From assembly GCA_963837955.1 (NCBI GenBank), contig CAWIPH010000002.1:4976316-5040315 (forward strand): a stretch of DNA of 64,000 nt, given 5' to 3'. The notes beneath the pieces were generated by a model. That model worked only from the letters and a program-made list of their open reading frames with translations, did no database searches and was not told the origin of the DNA. Positions within the stretch are counted from its first letter, which is position 1. The number at the start of each line of letters is the position of its first letter. Positions 41,205 to 50,554 of the stretch are shown piece after piece. The position numbers were made by a program, and so were the translations under genes. The stretch comes from an uncultured Verrucomicrobiae bacterium. GTDB taxonomy: Bacteria > Verrucomicrobiota > Verrucomicrobiia > Chthoniobacterales > JAFAMB01.

Positions 41205-42155
41205 CTACGCCGCCACGCCGATACGGTAATCCCTTCGAATCGCAGGTTCGCTACACTCGGCTCGACTCCAGTTATAAACCACGGCCGGCTCCGGTTCCCA
41301 CAGGCGTGCGCTTTCAATACGGGGCAAATTCGCCAGCGACCGGTATTCAGACGCCATAGCCACGTAGTCATCCGTTTCAGCAAGAACCGCAGGCTTGCAT
41401 GCGATTGGATCGCGCAAAACGGCAAAACCGTCCTCAGTTCCCACAGTAAAAGTATAAAAGCCATCGAGGTCCTTTAACCCGGCTTCCAACGCCTCTTTGA
41501 GCGTCGCACCATTCGCCAGTTGCCAGGCGAAATAGCCGGCCGCCACCTCAGTGTCGTTCTCGGTGTGAAATTCGATTCCCTGCCGGCACAGCCTTTGGCG
41601 CAAGCGGTTATGATTACTGAGTGAACCGTTGTGGACCAGGCAGAGATCAACACCGGTACTAAACGGATGCGACCCCTCGGTGGTGACCGCACTTTCGGTG
41701 GCCATGCGCGTATGACCAATGGCATGACTGCCGGCGATCTTTCGAAGCGAAAACCGCTCGACCACCGATTCCGGCGATCCGGTTTCTTTCATGATCTCGA
41801 TTCGTCGCCCCACACTCATGATGCGAACTTCGGGAAAATTCTCTTCCAGAAAACTCCGAATGGATTGGACATCGGTCTTCACCAGAATTCGGGCATGAGT
41901 AGAATTCACCTCCACTAACGGTTTATCGCGAAACTGTTTTTCCAATGCGATCCCAATCGCAGACCAGTCGAAACTCAGATCCGAATGCTGTAGCATCACT
42001 TTCAGTTTGCCGGAGGGAGCCGAAGCGCCATAAACCGCAAAGCCGGCACTGTCTGGTCCCCGGCTGCTCATACAGATCAACATCTCACTGAACAAGGCCC
42101 CGAGCTCAGGCTCAAGCGAGCTCTTCTTGAGGAATAAGCCGACGATACCGCACAT
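41205..42155 (-). CDS. mgsA: Class II glutamine amidotransferase (N-methylglutamate synthase subunit A, GlxB-like)
   Basis: MCGIVG Ntn start, RGPDSAG, GHTRMATES, VHNGSLSN, NDTEV. Confidence 0.85.
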   Translation of the reverse strand: MCGIVGLFLKKSSLEPELGALFSEMLICMSSRGPDSAGFAVYGASAPSGKLKVMLQHSDLSFDWSAIGIALEKQFRDKPLVEVNSTHARILVKTDVQSIRSFLEENFPEVRIMSVGRRIEIMKETGSPESVVERFSLRKIAGSHAIGHTRMATESAVTTEGSHPFSTGVDLCLVHNGSLSNHNRLRQRLCRQGIEFHTENDTEVAAGYFAWQLANGATLKEALEAGLKDLDGFYTFTVGTEDGFAVLRDPIACKPAVLAETDDYVAMASEYRSLANLPRIESARLWEPEPAVVYNWSRAECSEPAIRRDYRIGVAA

Positions 42156-42161
42156 CGCCGT

Positions 42162-42178
42162 GTTTCTTATCATGAAAC
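42162..42178. promoter_or_regulatory. Putative XRE-cupin operator
   Basis: GTTTCTTATCATGAAAC directly upstream of mgsA start. Confidence 0.5.
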
Positions 42179-42337
42179 CTGCATATCTCAAGCAAAAGAT
42201 TTCTCGCGGCTTTCTTACCTCTACCTAGGCCCATTGCAGGCTGATCGGCCCCGATCCCTTGATAGATCGGATCAGTAGATGTTTCTTTTTAAGCATCTTT
42301 TGTTTCGTTTTGATCATCCCGGCGAAACGAACCCGCC

Positions 42338-42487
42338 GTAGCCTGATCCTCCTGGCTCAGGACCTCAGGGTGCAGCGATTGTGAGAAGTGAATGGTGGAT
42401 GCCTATCGGCAAATCTCGGCAGAATCTCCCGCCGCTCACTAATCACCAATCACCGACATGCTCCCTGAGGCTGAAGCATCAGGCTAC
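42338..42487. repeat. GTAG-type REP doublet (same family as 16166 array)
   Basis: GTAGCCTGATCCTCCTGGCTCAGG ... CCTGAGGCTGAAGCATCAGGCTAC. Confidence 0.7.
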
Positions 42488-42505
42488 TTTGCTATCTGCT
42501 ATCGG

Positions 42506-43213
42506 CTATCGGCTATCGGCTATTGATTCGGCGGCGACAGCCGCCGAATCACCAACGATCCGTCCGTTGGCTATCCGCAGATGTCGCTGCGAAATGGCCG
42601 CGACGTCCGGGCTATGGGTAGCCACCACAAGCGTAGCCATTCGGTTCTCCGCGATGGTCCGAAAAATTTCGAGGAGCCGAGCGGCGTTTTCGCTATCAAG
42701 ATTGCCCGTCGGCTCATCCGCGAGCAAAAGTTGAGGCCTATGCACCATTGCGCGCGCGATCGCGGTGCGCTGCATTTCACCCCCGCTAAGTTGATGGACA
42801 AAGTGTTTCGCGCGTTGGGTCATACCGACCATATCAAGCATCTCCATGGCGCGACGCTCGCATTCCGTATTACGGATGTGCTGCAGCCTGAGTGGAAGGC
42901 ACACATTCTCCAAGACATTCAGCGTCGGCAGAAGGTTAAAAAACTGAAATACGATCCCCAGCCGATTGCGGCGATAATTCGTCAGTTGCACTTCGGTGGC
43001 GGAGACTAACGACCAGCCATCGACTAGAATCTCCCCATGGTCGGGCTTGTCGAGACCGCCGAGAAGATGCAAAAGAGTGCTCTTCCCCGAGCCCGATTCG
43101 CCGGTAATCGCCAGAAATTCGCCAGCACCTATTTGCAGATCCACAGAATCGAGGGCTACAACCGGAGAATCCCCTTGCCGATAGGTTCGAGTTACGGCTC
43201 TCAATTCGATCAT
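42506..43213 (-). CDS. ABC transporter ATP-binding protein (LolD/MacB-like)
   Basis: GESGSGKST, LSGGEMQR, LADEPTGNLD; C-terminus runs into GCTATCG heptamer repeats. Confidence 0.9.
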   Translation of the reverse strand: MIELRAVTRTYRQGDSPVVALDSVDLQIGAGEFLAITGESGSGKSTLLHLLGGLDKPDHGEILVDGWSLVSATEVQLTNYRRNRLGIVFQFFNLLPTLNVLENVCLPLRLQHIRNTECERRAMEMLDMVGMTQRAKHFVHQLSGGEMQRTAIARAMVHRPQLLLADEPTGNLDSENAARLLEIFRTIAENRMATLVVATHSPDVAAISQRHLRIANGRIVGDSAAVAAESIADSR

Positions 43214-43282
43214 AGTGCGAGTCTACGAATGACAGACAAATGACAAATCACAAAGAGTTGATCGGTTAGAACCGGCCGGGAA

Positions 43283-43430
43283 CGCCGGCTTGTCCAACGA
43301 AGCCTGCCGGAGTTTCAAACGACGGCGCGAAGTTGGAGAACGCCGGGAACGCCGGGAACGCCGGGAACGCCGACAACGCCGACAACGCCAGACGCCAGAC
43401 GTCGGTACGCCGACACGCCGATACGCCAAC
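43283..43430. repeat. Hairpin repeat followed by (GAACGCCGR)n-like tandem units
   Basis: CGCCGGCTTGTCCAACGAAGCC...GCGAAGTTGGA then AACGCC repeats; copies at 44264 (inverted) and 48545. Confidence 0.7.
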
Positions 43431-43433
43431 CCC

Positions 43434-44187
43434 ATGCCGGACCCTATTTCTTCGCGAATCATTCATGAAGAGAGCGATTTTCTGATTTTCGATAAGCCAG
43501 CTCATCTTCTGGTGCACCCGACGAAGCCGGGCGGTCCGCCGACGCTGTGGTCGGAGTTGCGCGAGCTCCTGGCGTTTGAAATAAGTAACGGCGGACAGGT
43601 CTCACTGATCAATCGGCTAGATCGGGAAACGAGCGGATTGGTCTTAGTCGCAAAGAATACAGGAACCGCCCGGGAACTTGCGCGTTTGGTCAACCACCAT
43701 CGGGTGGAAAAATTCTATGCGGCGATTACCCGAGGATGGCCGGATACTGACCAATTTGAGGTCGATCAACCACTCCTCCGTCAAGGCGAGCAGACTCCGA
43801 GCAAAATCTGGTTGAAACAGGCTATCCATCCGGCCGGATACCCAGCCAAAACAATTTTTCAGGTCGAACAGCGATTCGAGAACCAGAGGGGACGTTTTGC
43901 GCTTATCAAATGCCAACCGATCACGGGACGAACCCATCAAATCCGCGTTCACTTGGCTTCGGTTGGCCTTCCCCTAGTCGGCGACAAGATCTACGGGCCG
44001 GAGGAAAACTGTTATTTGGAGTTTATCGAGACCGGCTGGACGCGAAAGCTGCAAGAAAAACTTTTAATAGATCGGCATGCACTGCACGCGACGACGTCTG
44101 CGTTTTCCTTTTCGCGGACGCGACCACCTCTACGAATCTCCTCTGCCGAGCGATCTGCGAGACTTTATCGAAAGCGGACTCGGCTAA
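43434..44187 (+). CDS. RluA family pseudouridine synthase (apparent frameshift near 44090)
   Basis: KPAHLLVHP, NRLDRETSG, TGRTHQIRVH, HALHA; a natural-looking C-terminus (RLRFPF...ESPLPSDL) lies in another frame ending TAA 44185-44187. Confidence 0.85.
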
Positions 44188-44263
44188 GCCTCGTCCGATA
44201 GCAGATAGCAGATAGCAGATAGCAAATATCTTGACCGCGTTCTCGGCGTACCTCTCACCATTT

Positions 44264-44372
44264 GGCGTTCTCCAACTTCGCTCCGTCGTCTGAAACTCCG
44301 GCAGGCTTCCGACTTCGCTGATCCTTGGAACGTCGCCGATGTAGCGGAAGAGCTTCGTCGGACAAGTCGGCG
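44264..44372. repeat. Inverted copy of the 43283 hairpin repeat with internal insertion
   Basis: GGCGTTCTCCAACTTCGCTCCGTCGTCTGAAACTCCGGCAGGCTTC...GCTTCGTCGGACAAGTCGGCG. Confidence 0.65.
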
Positions 44373-44386
44373 TTCTCGGCGATTAC

Positions 44387-44785
44387 CTACGGTCTCAAAA
44401 AGATCTCTTCAGAAACAGGATCGCGCACCTTAGCGCCAGGTGGGATTCCCGTGACGTCGACTAGGTTGTTCAACGCAAACGGACTAATCACAATGTCTGG
44501 GTTGGATGTCGGCTGTGCGTAGGGATAGACGTCGTCGGAAACCTCTCGACCCTTATAAACAAAATCGTAATTCGCGGCAAATCCTCCGTACGGGATATTG
44601 AAAGGAACCACGGCCCAATTCACGCCATTGAAATAATAATATCCAGCTTGCGCACAACGGGACCAGCGTATTCCGGTCGCAAAATGCACCTGATGGTTTT
44701 GCGTCCGACCGGTATAGCGAGGTCCTGCCGGTGAAAAAGCTGGGAAAAGAGTGAGAGCGCTCACCAACACGAGAACAGTCCTCAT
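44387..44785 (-). CDS. Hypothetical secreted protein
   Basis: Signal peptide MRTVLVLVSALTLFPAFSPA; C-terminal VISPF..VDVTGIPPGAKVRDP motif. Confidence 0.7.
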   Translation of the reverse strand: MRTVLVLVSALTLFPAFSPAGPRYTGRTQNHQVHFATGIRWSRCAQAGYYYFNGVNWAVVPFNIPYGGFAANYDFVYKGREVSDDVYPYAQPTSNPDIVISPFALNNLVDVTGIPPGAKVRDPVSEEIFLRP

Positions 44786-44794
44786 AGCGCTACA

Positions 44795-45133
44795 ATCTCG
44801 CGCAAAGACGCCAAGACGAAAGGTTCGGATCAGAGAAAAAAATCTCACGCAAAGACGCAAAGGCGCAAAGATTTGGACTGAAGGTAAGATTACATACCTC
44901 TGACTTACCGATCTCAGTCTCGGGCTTTTAATTAGTTTTGGTGAAGCAAGTCTCAAGGATGGCATTCACCGAGTCGTCAACAACCTTTAATCACCTTTGC
45001 GCCTTTGCGTCTTTGCGTGAGATCCCAATCTTAATCCGAAACCTTTGCGTCTTGGCGTCTTTGCGTGAGATTTTATCCTCTGGTCCGAAACCTTTGCGTG
45101 AGATCTCAGGCTTCGCGTCTTGGCGTGAGTTTC
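44795..45133 (+). mobile_element. Element D: internally deleted copy of element A
   Basis: Right ~135 bp is the near-identical reverse complement of 28840-28976; core 44892-44990 encodes TYL*LTDLSLGLLISFGEASLKDGIHRVVNNL*. Confidence 0.8.
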
Positions 45134-45179
45134 TTTGACTTGCGATTATACCCGACAGTGCTCCAATAGGCTTACTCTT

Positions 45180-46163
45180 GTGGCCGACTTCAACCCCCGT
45201 GACATCAATGTAAATTTCAAACCCCCGTCGGTCGGCTGGCTTGCCGCCATCTTCGTTGGCGTCCTGCTGATCGCGGCGCTGTGGATGTCTTACTACACGG
45301 TAGGACCCGAATCGGAGGGAGTCGTTCGGCGTTTCGGGAAGTATTTCAAGACAGTTGATCCAGGGCTTCATTTCAAGCTGCCATTTGGCATCGACGCGGT
45401 GACCGTGCTACCGACCCGACGACAGTTGAAACTCGAGTTCGGCTTCTCCACCCAGGGCTACACTACGAATCCGATCCAGGCCGGCCAGGAACCGGATGAG
45501 GAAAAATCTATGGTCACTGGTGACCTGAATGCGGCACTGGTGGAGTGGGTCGTCCAATATCGTATCGAAGATCCGAGCCAGTATCTGTTCGAGGTGCGCA
45601 ATCCCGGAGAAACCCTGCGCGATTTGTCCGAAGCTGCCATGCGTGAAGTGATCGGCGACCGCACAGTGGACGAACTGATCACCATCGGGCGTCAAGACAT
45701 TGAGATTGAGGCGCTCGCCCGGATGCAGGAATTGTCCAAGCGGTACCATCTCGGCATTCGGGTTGACCAGGTGCAGTTGAAAAACGTGAACCCGCCCAGT
45801 CAGGTGCAAGCGTCGTTCAACGAGGTGAACAAAGCTCAACAGGACCGCGAAAACGCGATCAATATCGCCAACGGTGAATACAACAAGGTGGTGCCAAAAG
45901 CCAAAGGCGAAGCCGACCAGACAATCCGCGGAGCGGAGGGCTATCGCTTCAAGCGCGTCAATGAAGCCGAGGGCGACGTTGCGGCTTTTAGCGCCGTGCT
46001 TACACAATACGTCAAGGCACCCGAGATCACGCGTACCCGCCTTTACCTCGAGACGATGGGTGAAATCTTGCCCGAAACGGGGCAAAAAATCATCATTGAC
46101 GAGTCGATGAAACAACTCCTTCCGATCTTGCCGCTCTCGATCAAACCAGGGGAGGGCCGGTAG
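45180..46163 (+). CDS. hflK: FtsH protease modulator HflK
   Basis: SPFH domain; GVVRRFGKY, VQASFNEVNKAQQD, TRTRLYLETM; start uncertain. Confidence 0.9.
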   Translation: MADFNPRDINVNFKPPSVGWLAAIFVGVLLIAALWMSYYTVGPESEGVVRRFGKYFKTVDPGLHFKLPFGIDAVTVLPTRRQLKLEFGFSTQGYTTNPIQAGQEPDEEKSMVTGDLNAALVEWVVQYRIEDPSQYLFEVRNPGETLRDLSEAAMREVIGDRTVDELITIGRQDIEIEALARMQELSKRYHLGIRVDQVQLKNVNPPSQVQASFNEVNKAQQDRENAINIANGEYNKVVPKAKGEADQTIRGAEGYRFKRVNEAEGDVAAFSAVLTQYVKAPEITRTRLYLETMGEILPETGQKIIIDESMKQLLPILPLSIKPGEGR

Positions 46164-46165
46164 CG

Positions 46166-47182
46166 ATGAAAAAGAGTTATTTCCTAGCAGTAGCGGTTAT
46201 CATCGTTGCCTTTGTCGTGTTCCTTGGTCTCTCCGGTGCCTTCTATACCGTTGATCAAACCGAGCAGGTGATCATTACGCAGTTTGGACAACCGATCGGC
46301 GACCCTATCACCGAGCCGGGTCTGCATTTCAAGATCCCGTTCGTGCAAAACGTGAATAGCCTGGACAAGCGCTTCCTGGAATGGGACGGCGCTCCGGTTG
46401 CCATTCCCACGAGGGACAAGACCTATATCCATGTCGACACGTTCGCGCGTTGGCGCATCGACGATCCCAAGACTTATTTCGTGCGTTTACACGATGAGCG
46501 CAGCGCTCAGTCGCGTCTCGAAGACATCCTGGGCAGCGAAACGCGGAACTCCATCGCCAAACACGACCTTATTGAAATCGTGCGAACCGACAAGACCCGC
46601 CAGCCATTGCACGACGAGACCCTCAAAGGCGGCCCTGCCGGCACCATCGGGGTCCTTCCACCTATCGAGTTCGGACGGCAGAAGATCGAAGATGAAATCA
46701 AGACCGCTGCCTCGCAAAAACTGTCCCAGTTCGGCATCACTGTGCTCGATTTCCGGATCAAGAGAGTAAACTACAATCCGGATGTCCTAGCCCGCATCTA
46801 CCAGCGCATGATCAGCGAGCGCCTCCAGATCGCACAGCGCTTTCGTTCCGAGGGCGAAGGTGAATCTGCCCGCATAGCCGGCCAGCGCGAGCGCGACCTG
46901 AACGAAATCCAGTCTAATGCCTACCGCCAGGTGCAGCAGATCCGGGGCGAGTCCGACGCCAAGGCCACCGAAATTTACGCCCGTGCCTATACGCAAAATC
47001 CGCAGGCCGCCGAGTTCTACGCCTTCCTCAAGACTCTGGAGACCTATCACAAAATCTTCACCAAAGATTCCACCCTGGTGCTTTCCACGGACAGCGACAT
47101 TTTCGCTCTACTAAAACGCGCTGCCACGAGTACAAAAGCCTCCCCGCTACCGCCCGAGACCCCCGCAAAACCTTCGCCCTGA
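46166..47182 (+). CDS. hflC: FtsH protease modulator HflC
   Basis: EQVIITQFG, PGLHFKIPF, IYQRMISER..FRSEGE, FYAFLKTLETY. Confidence 0.92.
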   Translation: MKKSYFLAVAVIIVAFVVFLGLSGAFYTVDQTEQVIITQFGQPIGDPITEPGLHFKIPFVQNVNSLDKRFLEWDGAPVAIPTRDKTYIHVDTFARWRIDDPKTYFVRLHDERSAQSRLEDILGSETRNSIAKHDLIEIVRTDKTRQPLHDETLKGGPAGTIGVLPPIEFGRQKIEDEIKTAASQKLSQFGITVLDFRIKRVNYNPDVLARIYQRMISERLQIAQRFRSEGEGESARIAGQRERDLNEIQSNAYRQVQQIRGESDAKATEIYARAYTQNPQAAEFYAFLKTLETYHKIFTKDSTLVLSTDSDIFALLKRAATSTKASPLPPETPAKPSP

Positions 47183-47352
47183 ACGACATGCGAGCAGCGG
47201 AACGCGTAGGGGGAGCGGGCGATCCTTCCCGGGCCGAGCGCAATCGAGGTGTCGGCGTTCCCGGCGTTGTCGGCGCTCCCGGCGCTTTTACCTCACCGCC
47301 AATCTGTCATTTATCACCTGTCATCTGCCATTTTTACTAGCGGCGTAAGCCG

Positions 47353-48486
47353 CTAGTAAATCTGTACGGTAATACCTTCCGTCACCTGATTCACGACGCG
47401 CGCGGCATCCCAATTGGCCAATCGAATACAGCCGTGGCTACCGGACCGGCCAATCGTGTTCGGGCTGTTCGTTCCATGAATGCCGATTCCGGGCTTGTTG
47501 AGGCCAATCCAAAGGATCCCTACCGGGTTTCTAGGTCCAGGTGGAATGTTGAAGTAATTGTCGCTGCGGTAACCGTGTTCGAGCATCGCTTCATCCCAGC
47601 GGAACCATGGAAGAGTGGCGATGCCAACTACCTTCCAAACGCCGATGGGTGCCGGCAATCGAGTCGACCCCGGAGTGATCGGATAAGAACAAACGATCTT
47701 ATCTCCGTCATACACATCGAGCATGCGATAGCGCGTATCTATTTTAATTACTCGTTTGCTGAACTCGGGACGCGCCGGGATGTGGTCAACCTCTTTGACA
47801 TCCTCGATCTTAAACTCTGGAACGTTCGGCACCCGAACGTTATCCCCGGCTTTGAGCGAATCGATCTTCAAGTCCCGATTTAGTTTCGCGATGAAATCCG
47901 GATCGGAATGAAATCGTTCACCTAAAAATTCACCGACGGAACGATATAACATCGCTTTTTTCTTCGCTTGTTCCGACGGTTTGGAGGGAACATCTCCGAC
48001 CTTCTGCAAGTCCTCCGCGGTCACCGTATAGGCCGTGTAGATCGGAAAAATTTTGGACAACTCTTGCTGCATTTCGGCGTCGATTTGTCCGGTTGGTTTC
48101 TGGCCGCTGGCTAATTGATAACGCACCAAAGCCTTGGCGGTGAACTCTCCCCATCGTCCGTCGATTTTGCCGGGACCGAATGAACGTTGATCCAGAAAAA
48201 TCTGTAGCCGCGTGAGCACCTCTTGGGGCGAGGCGGGCTCAGCTCGGGGTATCGTGGGTTCATTGGAAGGGGTTGCCTGCGGTGCAGGCGTAGGAGGCGC
48301 TATCGGGTTGCTCGGAAAACGGAGGTCGGGGGTTGGTGTTGGTGCCGATTTTTTCTCGGACTTTTCCGCACCGGATTGATCGACCACGAACGGTGTAGAG
48401 GAAGGCGAAGGACTCGCAACTTGCGCGAAAGCGACAGGCGCCGTGACGAACAAGGCAATGACAAGAACTATTCGGCTAATAAACAT
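47353..48486 (-). CDS. L,D-transpeptidase (YkuD) with peptidoglycan-binding domain
   Basis: LQIFLD..GPGKIDG PG-binding motif; GIHGT...SHGCIRL catalytic motif; start uncertain. Confidence 0.9.
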   Translation of the reverse strand: MFISRIVLVIALFVTAPVAFAQVASPSPSSTPFVVDQSGAEKSEKKSAPTPTPDLRFPSNPIAPPTPAPQATPSNEPTIPRAEPASPQEVLTRLQIFLDQRSFGPGKIDGRWGEFTAKALVRYQLASGQKPTGQIDAEMQQELSKIFPIYTAYTVTAEDLQKVGDVPSKPSEQAKKKAMLYRSVGEFLGERFHSDPDFIAKLNRDLKIDSLKAGDNVRVPNVPEFKIEDVKEVDHIPARPEFSKRVIKIDTRYRMLDVYDGDKIVCSYPITPGSTRLPAPIGVWKVVGIATLPWFRWDEAMLEHGYRSDNYFNIPPGPRNPVGILWIGLNKPGIGIHGTNSPNTIGRSGSHGCIRLANWDAARVVNQVTEGITVQIY

Positions 48487-48544
48487 AATAGCGGTTCGGC
48501 AAACGGATCGGGAGTATAGCATGAATGCCCCGGGCGGCAATCAT

Positions 48545-48733
48545 AACGCCGGCTTGTCCGACGAAGCCTTCCGGAGTTTCAAACGACGGAGCGAAGTCGG
48601 AGAACGCCGGGAACGCCGGGAACGCCGAGAACGCCGAGAACGCCGAGAACGCCGGGAACGCCGGGAACGCCGAGAACGCCGAGAACGCCGGGAACGCCGG
48701 GAACGCCGAGATCGCTGGAGCGAAGTCGGAGAG
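48545..48733. repeat. Hairpin repeat plus 12 x 9-bp tandem repeat (GAACGCCGR)
   Basis: Tandem units 48602-48709 counted directly. Confidence 0.85.
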
Positions 48734-48862
48734 CGCCGCCAACTCCAGCCACGCCAACACACCGTCCCTTAGCTATCTGCTATCTGCTATCTGCTATTCG
48801 GGATTGGCCGGCTCCCGCCTTGACTTACCCTACCCCAGCGCTAGTTTGCCGGTCTTCGCAGC

Positions 48863-48936
48863 GCACCCGTAGCTCAATTGGATAGAGTATATGACTTCGG
48901 ATCATAGGGTTGCAGGTTCGAGCCCTGCCGGGTGCA
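48863..48936 (+). tRNA. tRNA-Arg (anticodon TCG)
   Basis: Acceptor stem GCACCCG/CGGGTGC, D-arm AGCTCAATTGGATAGAG, anticodon arm TATGA-CTTCGGA-TCATA, T-loop GGTTCGAG; CCA not encoded. Confidence 0.93.
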
Positions 48937-49431
48937 TGCCTGAGCGCGAACGACTTACGCCGTACAGGCCTAGCGTGTTGTCAGAATGACTCGGCCACTT
49001 CTCGGCCATTTTGCAAGTAAAGTAGCTACACCATCCTTCCTGGCTGAATATTCCGTTATTTCCGGTAATCCTTCGATTCCTCATGGACATTCATGCGACC
49101 GTTACCACCTCAACGGAGACCGAGTTAAATCTCACCGTCAAATGACCATTGGTCTGGCTTCAAGTGGGTGGATCTACGACCATCGTGCCCAACTCTTACC
49201 AGACGAAATTGAAGAAGAGCCTGGTGGCGCTTTCCAAGAGATGGAAATTGGTGGCTACCAACGAAGGCCGGACTTGCGGGTCGGTGACCGGGTTTTGGTG
49301 ATTTTGTATTTCCCGAGCGGCTAGCGATAGTTTTGCACGTTATTTCGAGTGGTGCGCCGGCCGCGGTTTAACAAAATGGATCGCGACTCGTCTCGTTCAA
49401 AGATCAGTGAGCTTCTCGCCCGGGCGCAAAA

Positions 49432-50355
49432 CTAGAACTCGATTTCGAAGCGGTCTTTGGCTAGCAGCGCCTCAGCCACCGGAATCGAGATTCGCTCGGC
49501 GAGTTCTGTAATAGCTGCTCGGTTCGGTTGATCGATTTTAGCTCCAAGGATTATGCGGCTAGGTTTAAGACGGCAGGACTCGAGCGAGAATTTCCTTCCG
49601 CTGGACAGGTCCGCAGAGACCAGCCTCCATTCTCCTTCGTATTTCCACTCTTCTGATTTGTGACAACCCGCCAGGACCGGCAGGATGTCGAACCTCACCT
49701 GGTCGAATTCAATCTTTGACGGCCAGAAGAGGCCAAACACGTCCAACAAATTGTCCGTGTATCGCACCGGGTGCAGGAGCTCCAGTATTTCTGCACTCGA
49801 CAGCACATTCGCGCCGGAAAACTCAAGGCAGACTCCCTTGTGCTGGTTCGCGTAGTGACTCCACATAACAACGGAGTTCGCATTAGTCGCAAAACAGCTC
49901 ACGCCCAATTTTTCTCGAAAAAAGCTGAAGGGATCCGGGAAAGCACCTGGCCCATAGAAGATTGACAGACTGCCGGCTATTAGACTCTCGAACCCCCCTC
50001 GTACTATTTCTTTCTGGTCTTCCTCGAACAGCGGCTCCATCGATTTTGGATCAATTCCGTGCTCGGGGCCAATCTGCTCGACAGCCTGCTTTAGAGCGTG
50101 ATCCCATGAAATAGATAGAGCCGAGTCATACGGGTCGTTGAAATCTGCCGGCTTGCTCAGAAACGCGTAGCCATCACGAAGTTCCTCGAGGATATATGCA
50201 AGACGCTCGAGGCTTCGGTACCGGTACAATGCCGGCGGGAAGTTTGAGCGCTTTAACGCCAACGCCTCGGTCCGCCCGGCTTCTGCGTTGACCTTAGCCA
50301 GAGACTCAAAGTAGCGATCTTTCCAACGTTCAGCGGAATCGAGACAACGTTCCAC
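49432..50355 (-). CDS. DUF2971 domain protein
   Basis: LYRYR, FNDPYD, SCF...MWSHYANQHKGVCLEF, KSEEWKYEGEWR. Confidence 0.85.
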   Translation of the reverse strand: MERCLDSAERWKDRYFESLAKVNAEAGRTEALALKRSNFPPALYRYRSLERLAYILEELRDGYAFLSKPADFNDPYDSALSISWDHALKQAVEQIGPEHGIDPKSMEPLFEEDQKEIVRGGFESLIAGSLSIFYGPGAFPDPFSFFREKLGVSCFATNANSVVMWSHYANQHKGVCLEFSGANVLSSAEILELLHPVRYTDNLLDVFGLFWPSKIEFDQVRFDILPVLAGCHKSEEWKYEGEWRLVSADLSSGRKFSLESCRLKPSRIILGAKIDQPNRAAITELAERISIPVAEALLAKDRFEIEF

Positions 50356-50554
50356 GGTACCGAGATTGCGCTTTTGGATGCAAATTGGCGAGCCTGGAAT
50401 AACGGCTGGCAGTCCCGACGGGTGATGGAAGACAAACCGCCCAACTCAAGGATGGGCAACGTCCAGCTCCCAGTTTCAGTGACCTCATCTTTGAAGATTG
50501 ATGTTACTTTACTCGGCAGGTAGTATCATTCGCCAAGTAGCCTTGGAGGTTGCC

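Noticed and set aside
48443..48872. ORFs with RRERRE / NAGNAE / SAFPAF repeats
   Set aside because: They are translations of the non-coding 9-bp tandem repeat in several frames
48986..49324. 112-aa ORF as island integrase or excisionase
   Set aside because: No tyrosine/serine recombinase or HTH motif; it starts within the putative arm-site sequence
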